Positions 1 to 7,308 of a DNA stretch of 44,959 nucleotides are shown here, one piece after another; the stretch's first letter is position 1; each line of letters starts with the position of its first letter. The position numbers were made by a program, and so were the translations under genes. Under the pieces are notes generated by a model, which made no database searches, was not told where the DNA came from, and was given only the letters and a program-made list of their open reading frames with translations. The DNA is taken from assembly GCA_001804915.1 (NCBI GenBank), contig MHDI01000085.1, positions 1-44,959 of the forward strand. Reading direction: 5' to 3'. This DNA comes from Nitrospinae bacterium RIFCSPHIGHO2_02_FULL_39_82 (lineage in GTDB: Bacteria; Nitrospinota; Nitrospinia; UBA9942).

Positions 1-64
1 CAGCCGTAAAGAGGATTACTATGAATTTATTTTTTACTGAAAGTTCAATTATTTTTTCAAGCAT
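1..64 (-). CDS. cusA: CusA/CzcA-family RND heavy-metal efflux pump, N-terminal 21 codons only (runs off window edge)
   Basis: Minus-strand ATG at 64..62 reads MLEKIIELSVKNKFIVILFTA. This matches the I-I-x-x-S-V-x-N-x-F-x-V N-terminus typical of CusA-type pumps. It sits directly downstream of the cusB-like gene. Confidence 0.6.
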   Translation of the reverse strand, partial: MLEKIIELSVKNKFIVILFTA

Positions 65-71
65 AGAAATA

Positions 72-152
72 AAAAGTTCATAAAGTTCGTAAAGTTATAA
101 AGTCCAATAACTTTTTCCTTTATAAACTTTAGGAACTTTCTACTTTAAAACT
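72..152. repeat. Intercistronic inverted array of short-period (8-9 nt, AAAGTTnn) repeats forming an imperfect long hairpin
   Basis: Left arm is aaagttcat aaagttcgt aaagttat aaagtcc. Right arm is built from aacttt/actttn units. It lies between the cusB stop (153) and the cusA start (64). Confidence 0.6.
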
Positions 153-1595
153 TTAGTGTTTATGTTCCATTGCCGGCATTTCATGTCCCTCATGTTTTGG
201 TGCTGTCATTTGATGTTCTTGATGTTCTGGTGCCTTGGTGCTCTGGTGCTCTGGTGTCCTGGTGCTCTGTCCTCTCATCTTCTCCACAGCCTCTCCGAGT
301 TTGCTTTCCGAATCAATGAGGAATTGGGCAGATGTTACGACATCTTCCCCCGCCTTCACACCTTCCAATATCTGCAGATAACCATCTCCGGTATCAACAC
401 CCACCTTTACATCCCTCGGTTCAAATACCCCTTCACCTTTTGAGACGATTATTATATCCCTCACACCTGAGCGTATCACCGCCTCTGCCGGGACAAGTAT
501 GGCACTCTCTGCTATCTTTGATTCAAGCTTTACATTTGCATACATATCAGGCTTTAATTCCCAGTCGGGGTTATCAAACTCCATACGAACTTTTACAGTC
601 CTTGTCTCAGCCTGAAGATAGGGATAAATATATGTAACAACCCCCCTGTATACCTTGCCGGGGAAATAGGACAGAGTTATCTCTGCCGTCTGGCCTACTT
701 TTACCCACGGCACTTCATATTCGTATATATCTGCATATACCCATATTTTTGATATATCTGCAATAACATAGAGATGGGTATCAGGTGTGATAAACATACC
801 CTGAAGCAGATTTTTCTGAACTACAATTCCATGAACCGGGGAATGTATATGGAGTGTCTTTTTTGGTTTTTTCGTTTCCTCAAGCTCCTTTATTTGATGT
901 TCAGCAACATCAAAGAGCTGAAGCCTCTTCCTTGCGGATTCAAGCAGAGACTCGGCACCGCTTGTAACACCTTCCACTTTGCTATCCTTCAGTGATTTTG
1001 CATATTCAATCGCCAGTAGATACTCCTGTTGTGCCGATACAAGTTCGGGACTATAAACCTCTAACAGCACATCTTCTTTGTTAACTTCCTTGCCTGTGAA
1101 ATCAATATATAGTTTCTCAACCCATCCCTGTATCTTTGTGTGTATATGTGTAACCTTTCTCTCATCATAGTCAATTCTGCCAACAGTCCTTATGGTTCTG
1201 CGAAGAGGTTTCATTATACCCTTACCTGTCCTCACACCAATACTCTGAACTGTTGTTGGATCAATCTTTACAGTCCCCGGTATAACACCATCTTCATCCT
1301 CATATACAGGTACCATATCCATACCCATAGGGGATTTACCTGGTTTATCAGATTTAAAACCAGGCATCATCGGGTCTGTCCAGTAAAGTATCTTTCTCTC
1401 TTTCCCCCGATTACTAACTTCGGGGGCAGGCTTCCCTTCTATCTCTTGGGGTGTTGTAACTTCATGTTCTTTATGTTCACCCTTGATATATGGGATTATA
1501 TCTTCACGATAAAAGAACCCAATACCTATGACTACAGCCAATATTATGAATCCCGAAAACTTTATTAATTCTTTCATCTTACTGCGTTCAGACAT
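153..1595 (-). CDS. cusB: CusB-type periplasmic adaptor (membrane fusion protein) of a Cu(I)/Ag(I) RND efflux pump, with an unusual His/Met-rich C-terminal tail
   Basis: The segment LYWTDPMMPGFKSDKPGKSPMGMDMVPVY closely parallels the E. coli CusB segment YWYDPMYPNTRFDKPGKSPFMDMDLVPKY. It has an N-terminal TM/signal and HlyD-type barrel-sandwich/beta-barrel architecture. A GGAGG RBS lies upstream. Confidence 0.9.
   Translation of the reverse strand: MSERSKMKELIKFSGFIILAVVIGIGFFYREDIIPYIKGEHKEHEVTTPQEIEGKPAPEVSNRGKERKILYWTDPMMPGFKSDKPGKSPMGMDMVPVYEDEDGVIPGTVKIDPTTVQSIGVRTGKGIMKPLRRTIRTVGRIDYDERKVTHIHTKIQGWVEKLYIDFTGKEVNKEDVLLEVYSPELVSAQQEYLLAIEYAKSLKDSKVEGVTSGAESLLESARKRLQLFDVAEHQIKELEETKKPKKTLHIHSPVHGIVVQKNLLQGMFITPDTHLYVIADISKIWVYADIYEYEVPWVKVGQTAEITLSYFPGKVYRGVVTYIYPYLQAETRTVKVRMEFDNPDWELKPDMYANVKLESKIAESAILVPAEAVIRSGVRDIIIVSKGEGVFEPRDVKVGVDTGDGYLQILEGVKAGEDVVTSAQFLIDSESKLGEAVEKMRGQSTRTPEHQSTKAPEHQEHQMTAPKHEGHEMPAMEHKH
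211..267. repeat. About 7 tandem copies of an 8-nt unit (tggtgctc and variants) inside the 3' end of cusB
   Basis: Read directly as tgatgttct tgatgttc tggtgcct tggtgctc tggtgctc tggtgtcc tggtgctc. Three units equal 24 nt, giving the peptide repeat STRTPEHQ/STKAPEHQ. Confidence 0.8.
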
Positions 1596-1611
1596 TTAAA
1601 CCTCCCAACTA

Positions 1612-1686
1612 AGCAACGAGTAACGAGCAATGAGCAATGAGTTTTTTTAGTCGTTACTCATTGCTCAGCACTCATTGCTCATTACT
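1612..1686. repeat. Inverted arrays of a heptanucleotide repeat (CAATGAG / CTCATTG) forming an approximately 30-bp imperfect hairpin
   Basis: Left arm agcaacgag taacgag caatgag caatgag, loop tttttttag, right arm tcgtta ctcattg ctcagca ctcattg ctcatta. It lies between the TolC-like stop (1689) and the cusB start (1595). No T-run follows it on the transcribed strand. Confidence 0.75.
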
Positions 1687-1688
1687 TA

Positions 1689-2972
1689 TTAAAATAGCCT
1701 CTTCCCCACTACTGCCTCAAGTTCTGCTAATTTCTTTTCATAGTCCGTGAGAACCTTCTCGTATTGAATCTGATAATTAAAGAGCGTAATCTGGTTATCA
1801 AGGAGTGTAAGAAAATCAATCTTATTCACCTGATACCCTGCCAAAGCAGAGCTTAGAGACTGAGTTGCCTGTGGTATTATCCCGGTTGAAAACAGCTCTA
1901 TCAATTTTCTCCCCTTCTCTTCCTCTGCCATAATCTCCTTTATCTTTAGAAAAATATCATTTTTCGCTGCATTGTATCGCTGCATTGCTGCACTTATATT
2001 ATAAGATTCTTCAACCACCTTCTTATCCTGCTTTGTCTTATACCAGAGGGGAACATTCAAAGAGAATTTCCCTGATACAGAATTCATATTATTCTTTTCC
2101 TGCCCCAGACTTAAACCCACATCAAAATTAGGATAATATTCAAGCTTCGCAAGATTGTAAGCAGCCCTATATCTCTCTATCATCTTTTCCAGCCCTTTAA
2201 GAAGGGGACGATTCTCGACAGATGTAGATTGTAATTCTTCAATAGTAAATCTAAATTCACTTTTCTTTATATCTCCTGGCTTTCCTATCGGCGACTGAGG
2301 GAGGCGGTTCATAAGTATATTAAGCCTTGCCTCTGCTGACTGCCTCTCCCTTTCAAACCTTATAAGCTCATCAATGATTTTAGAAAGCTCTACCTGTGCC
2401 TTGAGCACATCCTGCTGAAGCCCCATGCCTACAGAATATTTGGCCTCTGCAATCTTAACAAAATCCCGTAATGATAGCTTATTTCTCTCGGTTATCTCTA
2501 TTGCCTTATATACAAAATAGAGGTCATAGAATGCATCCTTGACCATCTGTATAAGTTTTACCTCCATATCCCTATATTCATCTTCTGCTGCCTCTGCCTC
2601 TTTTTGTGCCAGCTCTATTTTTAAGGAAAGCTTTCCTGGATAAGGAAGGCTCTGCATTACTGTAATCTCCTTCATTGGCTCATTCGCCGACAGGGTATTC
2701 ATTGGAACCCTTAATAAACCTATTTCAAGCTTGGGGTCATCCAGTGTCCCCATCTGGCTCGGAATCTCCTTAAATGCATTTGCTCTTGATATTGCAGCAA
2801 AGAGGTCAGGGTTATTCTTAAGTGCCTCATTGATAAGCTGCTGGAGGTCTAAGGTCTGAACATTCTCAGCAAAAGCAACGGCAGTAAGCAGTAAGCAATG
2901 AGCAATGAGTAATGAGCAATGAGCAATTTTACTGCCTACTGCATACTGCCTACTGCATACTTTATCTTGCAT
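1689..2972 (-). CDS. TolC-family outer membrane efflux factor (CusC-like position in the operon)
   Basis: Length 427 aa with a two-repeat coiled-coil/beta-barrel OEP pattern (LQQLINEALKNNPDL..., LKAQVELS..., NQITLFNYQIQYEK). It has a signal peptide ending AFA|E and sits immediately upstream of cusB. Confidence 0.85.
   Translation of the reverse strand: MQDKVCSRQYAVGSKIAHCSLLIAHCLLLTAVAFAENVQTLDLQQLINEALKNNPDLFAAISRANAFKEIPSQMGTLDDPKLEIGLLRVPMNTLSANEPMKEITVMQSLPYPGKLSLKIELAQKEAEAAEDEYRDMEVKLIQMVKDAFYDLYFVYKAIEITERNKLSLRDFVKIAEAKYSVGMGLQQDVLKAQVELSKIIDELIRFERERQSAEARLNILMNRLPQSPIGKPGDIKKSEFRFTIEELQSTSVENRPLLKGLEKMIERYRAAYNLAKLEYYPNFDVGLSLGQEKNNMNSVSGKFSLNVPLWYKTKQDKKVVEESYNISAAMQRYNAAKNDIFLKIKEIMAEEEKGRKLIELFSTGIIPQATQSLSSALAGYQVNKIDFLTLLDNQITLFNYQIQYEKVLTDYEKKLAELEAVVGKRLF
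2881..2960. repeat. Two adjacent heptanucleotide arrays (GCAGTAA/GCAATGA x7, then CTGCMTA x4) lying inside the 5' end of the TolC-like CDS
   Basis: Read directly. The same CAATGAG unit occurs at 1612..1686 and 15079..15130. Here it is translated as IAHCSLL-IAHCLLL, the hydrophobic core of the signal peptide. Confidence 0.75.
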
Positions 2973-2983
2973 TCTTCATCTCC

Positions 2984-3586
2984 TTAAAATGGATAACTTA
3001 ACAAAACAGATAGCCTCATACCTGCACCCATAATTGGTATATTAGAATTTGATATTTCTATGTCGGTTATATGATTGCCAAGGCTCACAGATGGGGTTGC
3101 CAACCATTTACTATCTTTAAATGAAAATGTATACCCTGCTTCTGCATGAGGAAAGACAAGATAGCTCCTCTTTTCCTCACCCATATATTTTGCATAGATG
3201 CCCATGAGATCAATACCTCCACCGAGCCATCCACCCTCAGGTGCTGTATAAGTAATGTATCTCCTGTAACTAAAACCACTACCATAGGCATCCCATTTCC
3301 AGCTTTCTGTATTAGAATGCCAGAAGACACCTCTTAATGCCCATGCACTCTTTTCATTTATATTCTGTTGATACTCCAATCTTGCCATTCCAAACACTGC
3401 ACCAAGCAAATCAATATTTATAAGCCTGTCTTTAGACAGGCTCGTAATATCATTCTCTGCAAAAGCTGATTGTCCTGCCATTGAAGCAAAACATACAAAT
3501 ACCATTATAAGTAAACGGTAAAAACCTTTTTCTGAACGACTTTTTAAAATTTCTAAGGTTTTTACCGGTTTATCAAATTTATTCAT
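2984..3586 (-). CDS. Small putative outer-membrane beta-barrel protein, unknown function
   Basis: Signal peptide (…SAFA|E), alternating hydrophobic/aromatic strands and a C-terminal LSYPF aromatic terminus typical of OMPs. Its start overlaps the tlpA-like stop by 4 nt. Confidence 0.45.
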   Translation of the reverse strand: MNKFDKPVKTLEILKSRSEKGFYRLLIMVFVCFASMAGQSAFAENDITSLSKDRLINIDLLGAVFGMARLEYQQNINEKSAWALRGVFWHSNTESWKWDAYGSGFSYRRYITYTAPEGGWLGGGIDLMGIYAKYMGEEKRSYLVFPHAEAGYTFSFKDSKWLATPSVSLGNHITDIEISNSNIPIMGAGMRLSVLLSYPF

Positions 3587-4089
3587 TTTTCACCCACCAT
3601 TTTTTCAAAGTAGTTAATACTTTCCTTACTATCCCATTCCCTCGCTCCTACTGCCCTATTTATCAGGAATCCTTTCGGGTCTATTAGATATGTTGATGGG
3701 ATACCCATTACACCGTATGCGGCAGCAACTTCACTATCCTTATCTAATAGGATAGTAAATGTAAGTTTATTTTCTGCTACAAATCTCTTAACAAGTTTAT
3801 GACCGCCCTTATCTATGGAGACTGCCAGCATTGCAAAATTTTTTTTTGATTTAAGCTTTTGATAGAGTATCTCCATAGACGGCATCTCATCTATACATGG
3901 ACCACACCATGTTGCCCAGAAGTTTAAAAAAATATATTTACCTTTTAAATTCTTCAAATTAACCTTATTGCCCTCCAATGTCATAAGGGTAAAATCAGGG
4001 GCAGGTATTTTTTCTTCAGCATGTAAATCTCTTATTCCTATTGCAATAAGGAACAGTACATAAATCAATACAATATTTTTAGACTTCAT
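3583..4089 (-). CDS. TlpA/ResA-family periplasmic thiol:disulfide oxidoreductase (thioredoxin fold)
   Basis: Signal/anchor helix followed by FLNFWATWCGPC (WCGPC active site). The AhpC/TSA-type context GIPSTYLIDPKG is present. Confidence 0.85.
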   Translation of the reverse strand: MKSKNIVLIYVLFLIAIGIRDLHAEEKIPAPDFTLMTLEGNKVNLKNLKGKYIFLNFWATWCGPCIDEMPSMEILYQKLKSKKNFAMLAVSIDKGGHKLVKRFVAENKLTFTILLDKDSEVAAAYGVMGIPSTYLIDPKGFLINRAVGAREWDSKESINYFEKMVGEK

Positions 4090-4092
4090 CTT

Positions 4093-4623
4093 TTATTTCC
4101 TACCTTTCCCATTTTTTTTATTAACTTTTTCTGATGCTGTTTTAGCTTCCTCTAATTTTTCTTTTAAAACTTTTAACAAGTCATTTTTTTTAATTATATT
4201 TTTCTGTATATATGCCTGTGTATATTTTATTGTGCCTATATCTATTAAGATACCAGAAACAATTTCCTTTTCTTTCTCCAGATTTTGCTCAACAAACTCT
4301 ATATCAACCTTTAATTCACCACCAAAATCTTTTTTTATGTTATCCAGCAATCTTTTTTTCTCTGACAAATCTCTGTTCAGCAAATCCCTTGTCATCCTTA
4401 AAGCTATTTGGTTCTGTCCCCATGATACAATATCCTTGTCTCTGCTTATCTCCTTTTCAAGAAATGAAATCTCTTCCTCAATGGTGGAGATTTTATTTTC
4501 GATATCTTCTAAAGATTTCTCATTCCACTTCTGTGGAGAGGATTGAGGTGATGGTTCTGAATACAAAATATCTGAGTTAAAACCTATGGAGATAAGGATT
4601 GAAATTAATATTATTTTTTTCAT
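4093..4623 (-). CDS. Secreted coiled-coil protein, unknown function
   Basis: N-terminal signal sequence, then heptad-rich E/K/I/L sequence and a Lys-rich C-terminus. It lies 3 nt upstream of the tlpA-like start. Confidence 0.45.
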   Translation of the reverse strand: MKKIILISILISIGFNSDILYSEPSPQSSPQKWNEKSLEDIENKISTIEEEISFLEKEISRDKDIVSWGQNQIALRMTRDLLNRDLSEKKRLLDNIKKDFGGELKVDIEFVEQNLEKEKEIVSGILIDIGTIKYTQAYIQKNIIKKNDLLKVLKEKLEEAKTASEKVNKKNGKGRK

Positions 4624-4640
4624 ATGTTCTTACCCTCCTG

Positions 4641-5657
4641 TCATTCCATTATATGGGCAGTGGATGTTATTGCTCCATTAAATATAAGTCCAATAAATAT
4701 CAAGATTGATATAATTAAAATCACCATAGAAATCTTCCTTTTGAATGGATTCCGCTCCTCACCTCTGTTAATAAATGGTATCAAAAATAGGAAGAGAGAG
4801 ATAATGGCTGGAGCGATTATAAGAAAAGGCATCCAGATATTCTCAAGGGAATAGAGCCAGAGGAACATCCAGGGAGGCTTGGTAACCTCAATCCCTGCTA
4901 CTGCTTCAGAGCCAAGAGGAGGCTCTATCGTAAGAGAGAGAAGAAGGATGAGCAGCAATACTCCCATCCCATATAAACCAAGTCTTTTCAGATGCTCAAC
5001 AAATAAAATCTTCGCACCTTCTCCTTCCCTTTGCCGCGGGAGTGAAGATAAGCCATGAATTTTTATAAGAAAGAAATGTAATAGCATTAAAAATACAAGT
5101 ATCAACGGTAAAAGTGAAATGTGAAGCGCATATAATCTCCCAAGCATGGAAACACTTTTGGTTAGCCCTTCACCAAGCCATATCCCTATTGCTCCTAATT
5201 TATCTACAATCCAAAGATGATGTTCCAATGCCTCTACTGCCTCCTGATCCCATTTCAATACAGTCCCTGTAAATATCAACCCAAAATAGACCAGTAATAG
5301 CAATACCCCGACAGTCCAATTAAATTCTCTTGGCTTTTTATATGAGGCGGTAACAAAAACTCTAATCATATGTAAAATAACACTAACCGTCACTACCTGA
5401 ACCGCCCAAAAGTGAATACCCCTTACAAACCAGCCGAGTAACAGAGTCTCAGCTATATAATGAACACTCCTGTTGGCTTGCTCTGGGGTAGGATTATAAA
5501 ATTGCGAAAGGATTATGCCACTCGCAAAAAGAATAATAATGCTGACCAGAGTAATCCCACCCAGAGAGTAAAAGATACTATTTGAATGGGCTGGAACCTC
5601 ATAATAAAGGGCTCCAATTCCAACTCTTTCCCTGAAGTCTTTAAGAATTTTTCTCAT
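4641..5657 (-). CDS. Cytochrome b6-type cytochrome b fused to a subunit-IV-like C-terminal domain (quinol-oxidising membrane subunit)
   Basis: VPAHSNSIFYSLGGITL, GWFVRGIHFWA..ILHMIRVF (H-x13-H), KKPREFNWTVGV, LKWDQ and LYALHIS..LLHFFLIKIHG (H-x14-H) parallel cytochrome b6. The C-terminal part aligns to subunit IV, but the PEWY position reads PPWM. Confidence 0.85.
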   Translation of the reverse strand: MRKILKDFRERVGIGALYYEVPAHSNSIFYSLGGITLVSIIILFASGIILSQFYNPTPEQANRSVHYIAETLLLGWFVRGIHFWAVQVVTVSVILHMIRVFVTASYKKPREFNWTVGVLLLLVYFGLIFTGTVLKWDQEAVEALEHHLWIVDKLGAIGIWLGEGLTKSVSMLGRLYALHISLLPLILVFLMLLHFFLIKIHGLSSLPRQREGEGAKILFVEHLKRLGLYGMGVLLLILLLSLTIEPPLGSEAVAGIEVTKPPWMFLWLYSLENIWMPFLIIAPAIISLFLFLIPFINRGEERNPFKRKISMVILIISILIFIGLIFNGAITSTAHIME

Positions 5658-6013
5658 ATACGGATTATTGTAATAAAAAAGATGGTAGCTACAACTCCTG
5701 TGAAGAAGGCCGCATACCAGAACCCTTTTTTATCAGTAGATACACTCCTGTAGAAACCAACATCCGGTTCTATATGTTTTACCTCTGTTTCAATATCTGG
5801 TTCTGTTTTTACTTCCCCATGCCCCACATGCCCTTCTTCCCGAAATGTCTTATCTGATTCCGTTGTTACAGGAGCTTTAATGACTTCTTCCTTTCTGGTA
5901 TCTGAATGCTTTTTATTGCTATGGGCATAGAGAGGGCTATTTATTAACAGAACAAGTCCAGCTAAAAATAGAATAAATATTCCTATCCATTTGTGCCTAA
6001 AAAATAACCTCAT
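5654..6013 (-). CDS. Bitopic/two-TM membrane protein with His/Glu-rich periplasmic loop, unknown function
   Basis: N-terminal and C-terminal hydrophobic helices and no Cys residues. An ATGA overlap with the cytochrome b start implies translational coupling. Confidence 0.45.
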   Translation of the reverse strand: MRLFFRHKWIGIFILFLAGLVLLINSPLYAHSNKKHSDTRKEEVIKAPVTTESDKTFREEGHVGHGEVKTEPDIETEVKHIEPDVGFYRSVSTDKKGFWYAAFFTGVVATIFFITIIRI

Positions 6014-6129
6014 ATCAACTCCTAATGACCCCTTAATTTATTATATATTTTAACGGATTCCTTTTAAATTCCTCCATACAAGTTTCTGAGCAAAAGAAAT
6101 ACACCTTTCCCTGATAAACCTTTTGAAAG

Positions 6130-6621
6130 CTAATATTGTTTCTGCTTCATCATATCCATTCCACCACCAGAGCCGCCATGCATACCTCCACTTCCCATCT
6201 CATGACCGCCTCTTGAAGTCCCATGTTCCGTTCCACCCATGTGTCCACCTCTGGTGCTGGGGTCATGTCCCATTGTTCCGCGACCCATCATACCACCCTC
6301 CATCATCTGCTTATGCATATCCGATAACTGCTGACGCATCTGCTTCATCTGCCCATGTATCCGGTTCATTCTCTCATGTATCTTTGCCATATCTTCATTA
6401 CTCATGCCAGCATGAGAATCCTCCATCATTTTATCCATGTTCTTCATTTCATCCTGCATCTCTACCATCATCTTACCCATGTCTTCTAATTTTTCAGACA
6501 TCTGATGAGGCATGATATTTGCGCTGGTTTTACTCTCTTCCTTTTTCTGGGCTGATGAAAAGCCATAAGAACCTGCTACAAAAATAACAGCAAAGAGAAA
6601 AATCAGTATATTCTTTTTCAT
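6130..6621 (-). CDS. Met/His/Gly-rich periplasmic protein, putative soft-metal (Cu/Ag) binding
   Basis: Signal peptide followed by dense M-x-x-M, H-x-x-M and GGHM motifs, for example MHKQMMEGGMMGRGTMGHD...GGHMGGTEHG...GGMHGGSGGGMDMM. Composition resembles PcoE/SilE and the ZraP Gly-His tail. Its stop abuts the upstream gene. Confidence 0.6.
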   Translation of the reverse strand: MKKNILIFLFAVIFVAGSYGFSSAQKKEESKTSANIMPHQMSEKLEDMGKMMVEMQDEMKNMDKMMEDSHAGMSNEDMAKIHERMNRIHGQMKQMRQQLSDMHKQMMEGGMMGRGTMGHDPSTRGGHMGGTEHGTSRGGHEMGSGGMHGGSGGGMDMMKQKQY

Positions 6622-7308
6622 TTATGACTCACCTCCTTTCTCATCTTGCTTATAACTTTCATAAAAAGTGATGCCGTAAAGATATTTTCCAATCTCATTA
6701 ACTTTATTGAATCCGACTTCCAAAATAAGTTCAGGAATTCTTCCCTCTACCCCATCTTCTATAGGCTCAAACAGGCTAAATAACCTGGATAAGATACGGT
6801 CAACAATGTAAGGACGGGGGGGACCGAAATCTATAAGCAGCATTCTACCCCCTGGTTTTAACACACGCAGGCACTCTTTTAAAGATGCAAGTCTATTATC
6901 CTTCTGAAGATGGTGAAAAACCAAGGAGGACAAAACAACATTAAAAGAGCTATTTTCAAAGTGCATATTATTCATTGCTCCCCTGTGCAATGGAATATTG
7001 AAATTATTCTTTTGAGTTTTTTTGTAGGCAATTTGTAATGCCTTCTCATCAGGGTCGAGTCCTTCTGCAACCACTGATGGATATATTTCCTTTAACATGA
7101 TAAGCAAAGTTCCAGTCCCGCAACCTGCATCTAAAATTCTTTCTGTTCCAGAAAGGTTTAAATGTTTAATAATTCTATGTCTGAATCCTTTACCAAACCC
7201 CAATAATATACACCCTATATCATAAAAGGGTGTCAGGAAGTTCCAGTGTGCAGGTGGGATATAATTTTCAGTTTTTTCCATTAGAACTATTTCCATCAAA
7301 TCCTCCAT
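6622..7308 (-). CDS. Class I SAM-dependent methyltransferase, UbiE/MenG-like
   Basis: ILDAGCGTGTL (motif I), VLKPGGRMLLIDF (post-II) and an N-terminal FYD...G..HR segment like UbiE. The start may be one of several in-frame Met codons (7308, 7296, 7281). Confidence 0.8.
   Translation of the reverse strand: MEDLMEIVLMEKTENYIPPAHWNFLTPFYDIGCILLGFGKGFRHRIIKHLNLSGTERILDAGCGTGTLLIMLKEIYPSVVAEGLDPDEKALQIAYKKTQKNNFNIPLHRGAMNNMHFENSSFNVVLSSLVFHHLQKDNRLASLKECLRVLKPGGRMLLIDFGPPRPYIVDRILSRLFSLFEPIEDGVEGRIPELILEVGFNKVNEIGKYLYGITFYESYKQDEKGGES

Noticed and set aside
156-637. Plus-strand ORFs of 95 and 101 aa (His/Cys/Phe-rich, Pro/Leu-rich) opposite cusB
   Set aside because: They lie antisense to a strongly supported CDS. 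Their composition mirrors the repeat and low-complexity coding strand, and they have no RBS or recognisable motifs. The same reasoning applies to most other antisense ORFs in the track, for example 6123..6515, 12134..12325, 13549..13938, 24463..24979, 31210..31665, 35776..36336, 38680..39021 and 40058..41392.
2881-2960. Possibility that the short tandem repeats are a CRISPR array
   Set aside because: The units are 7-9 nt and contiguous, with no spacers, no 25-40-nt repeat and no cas genes in the window.
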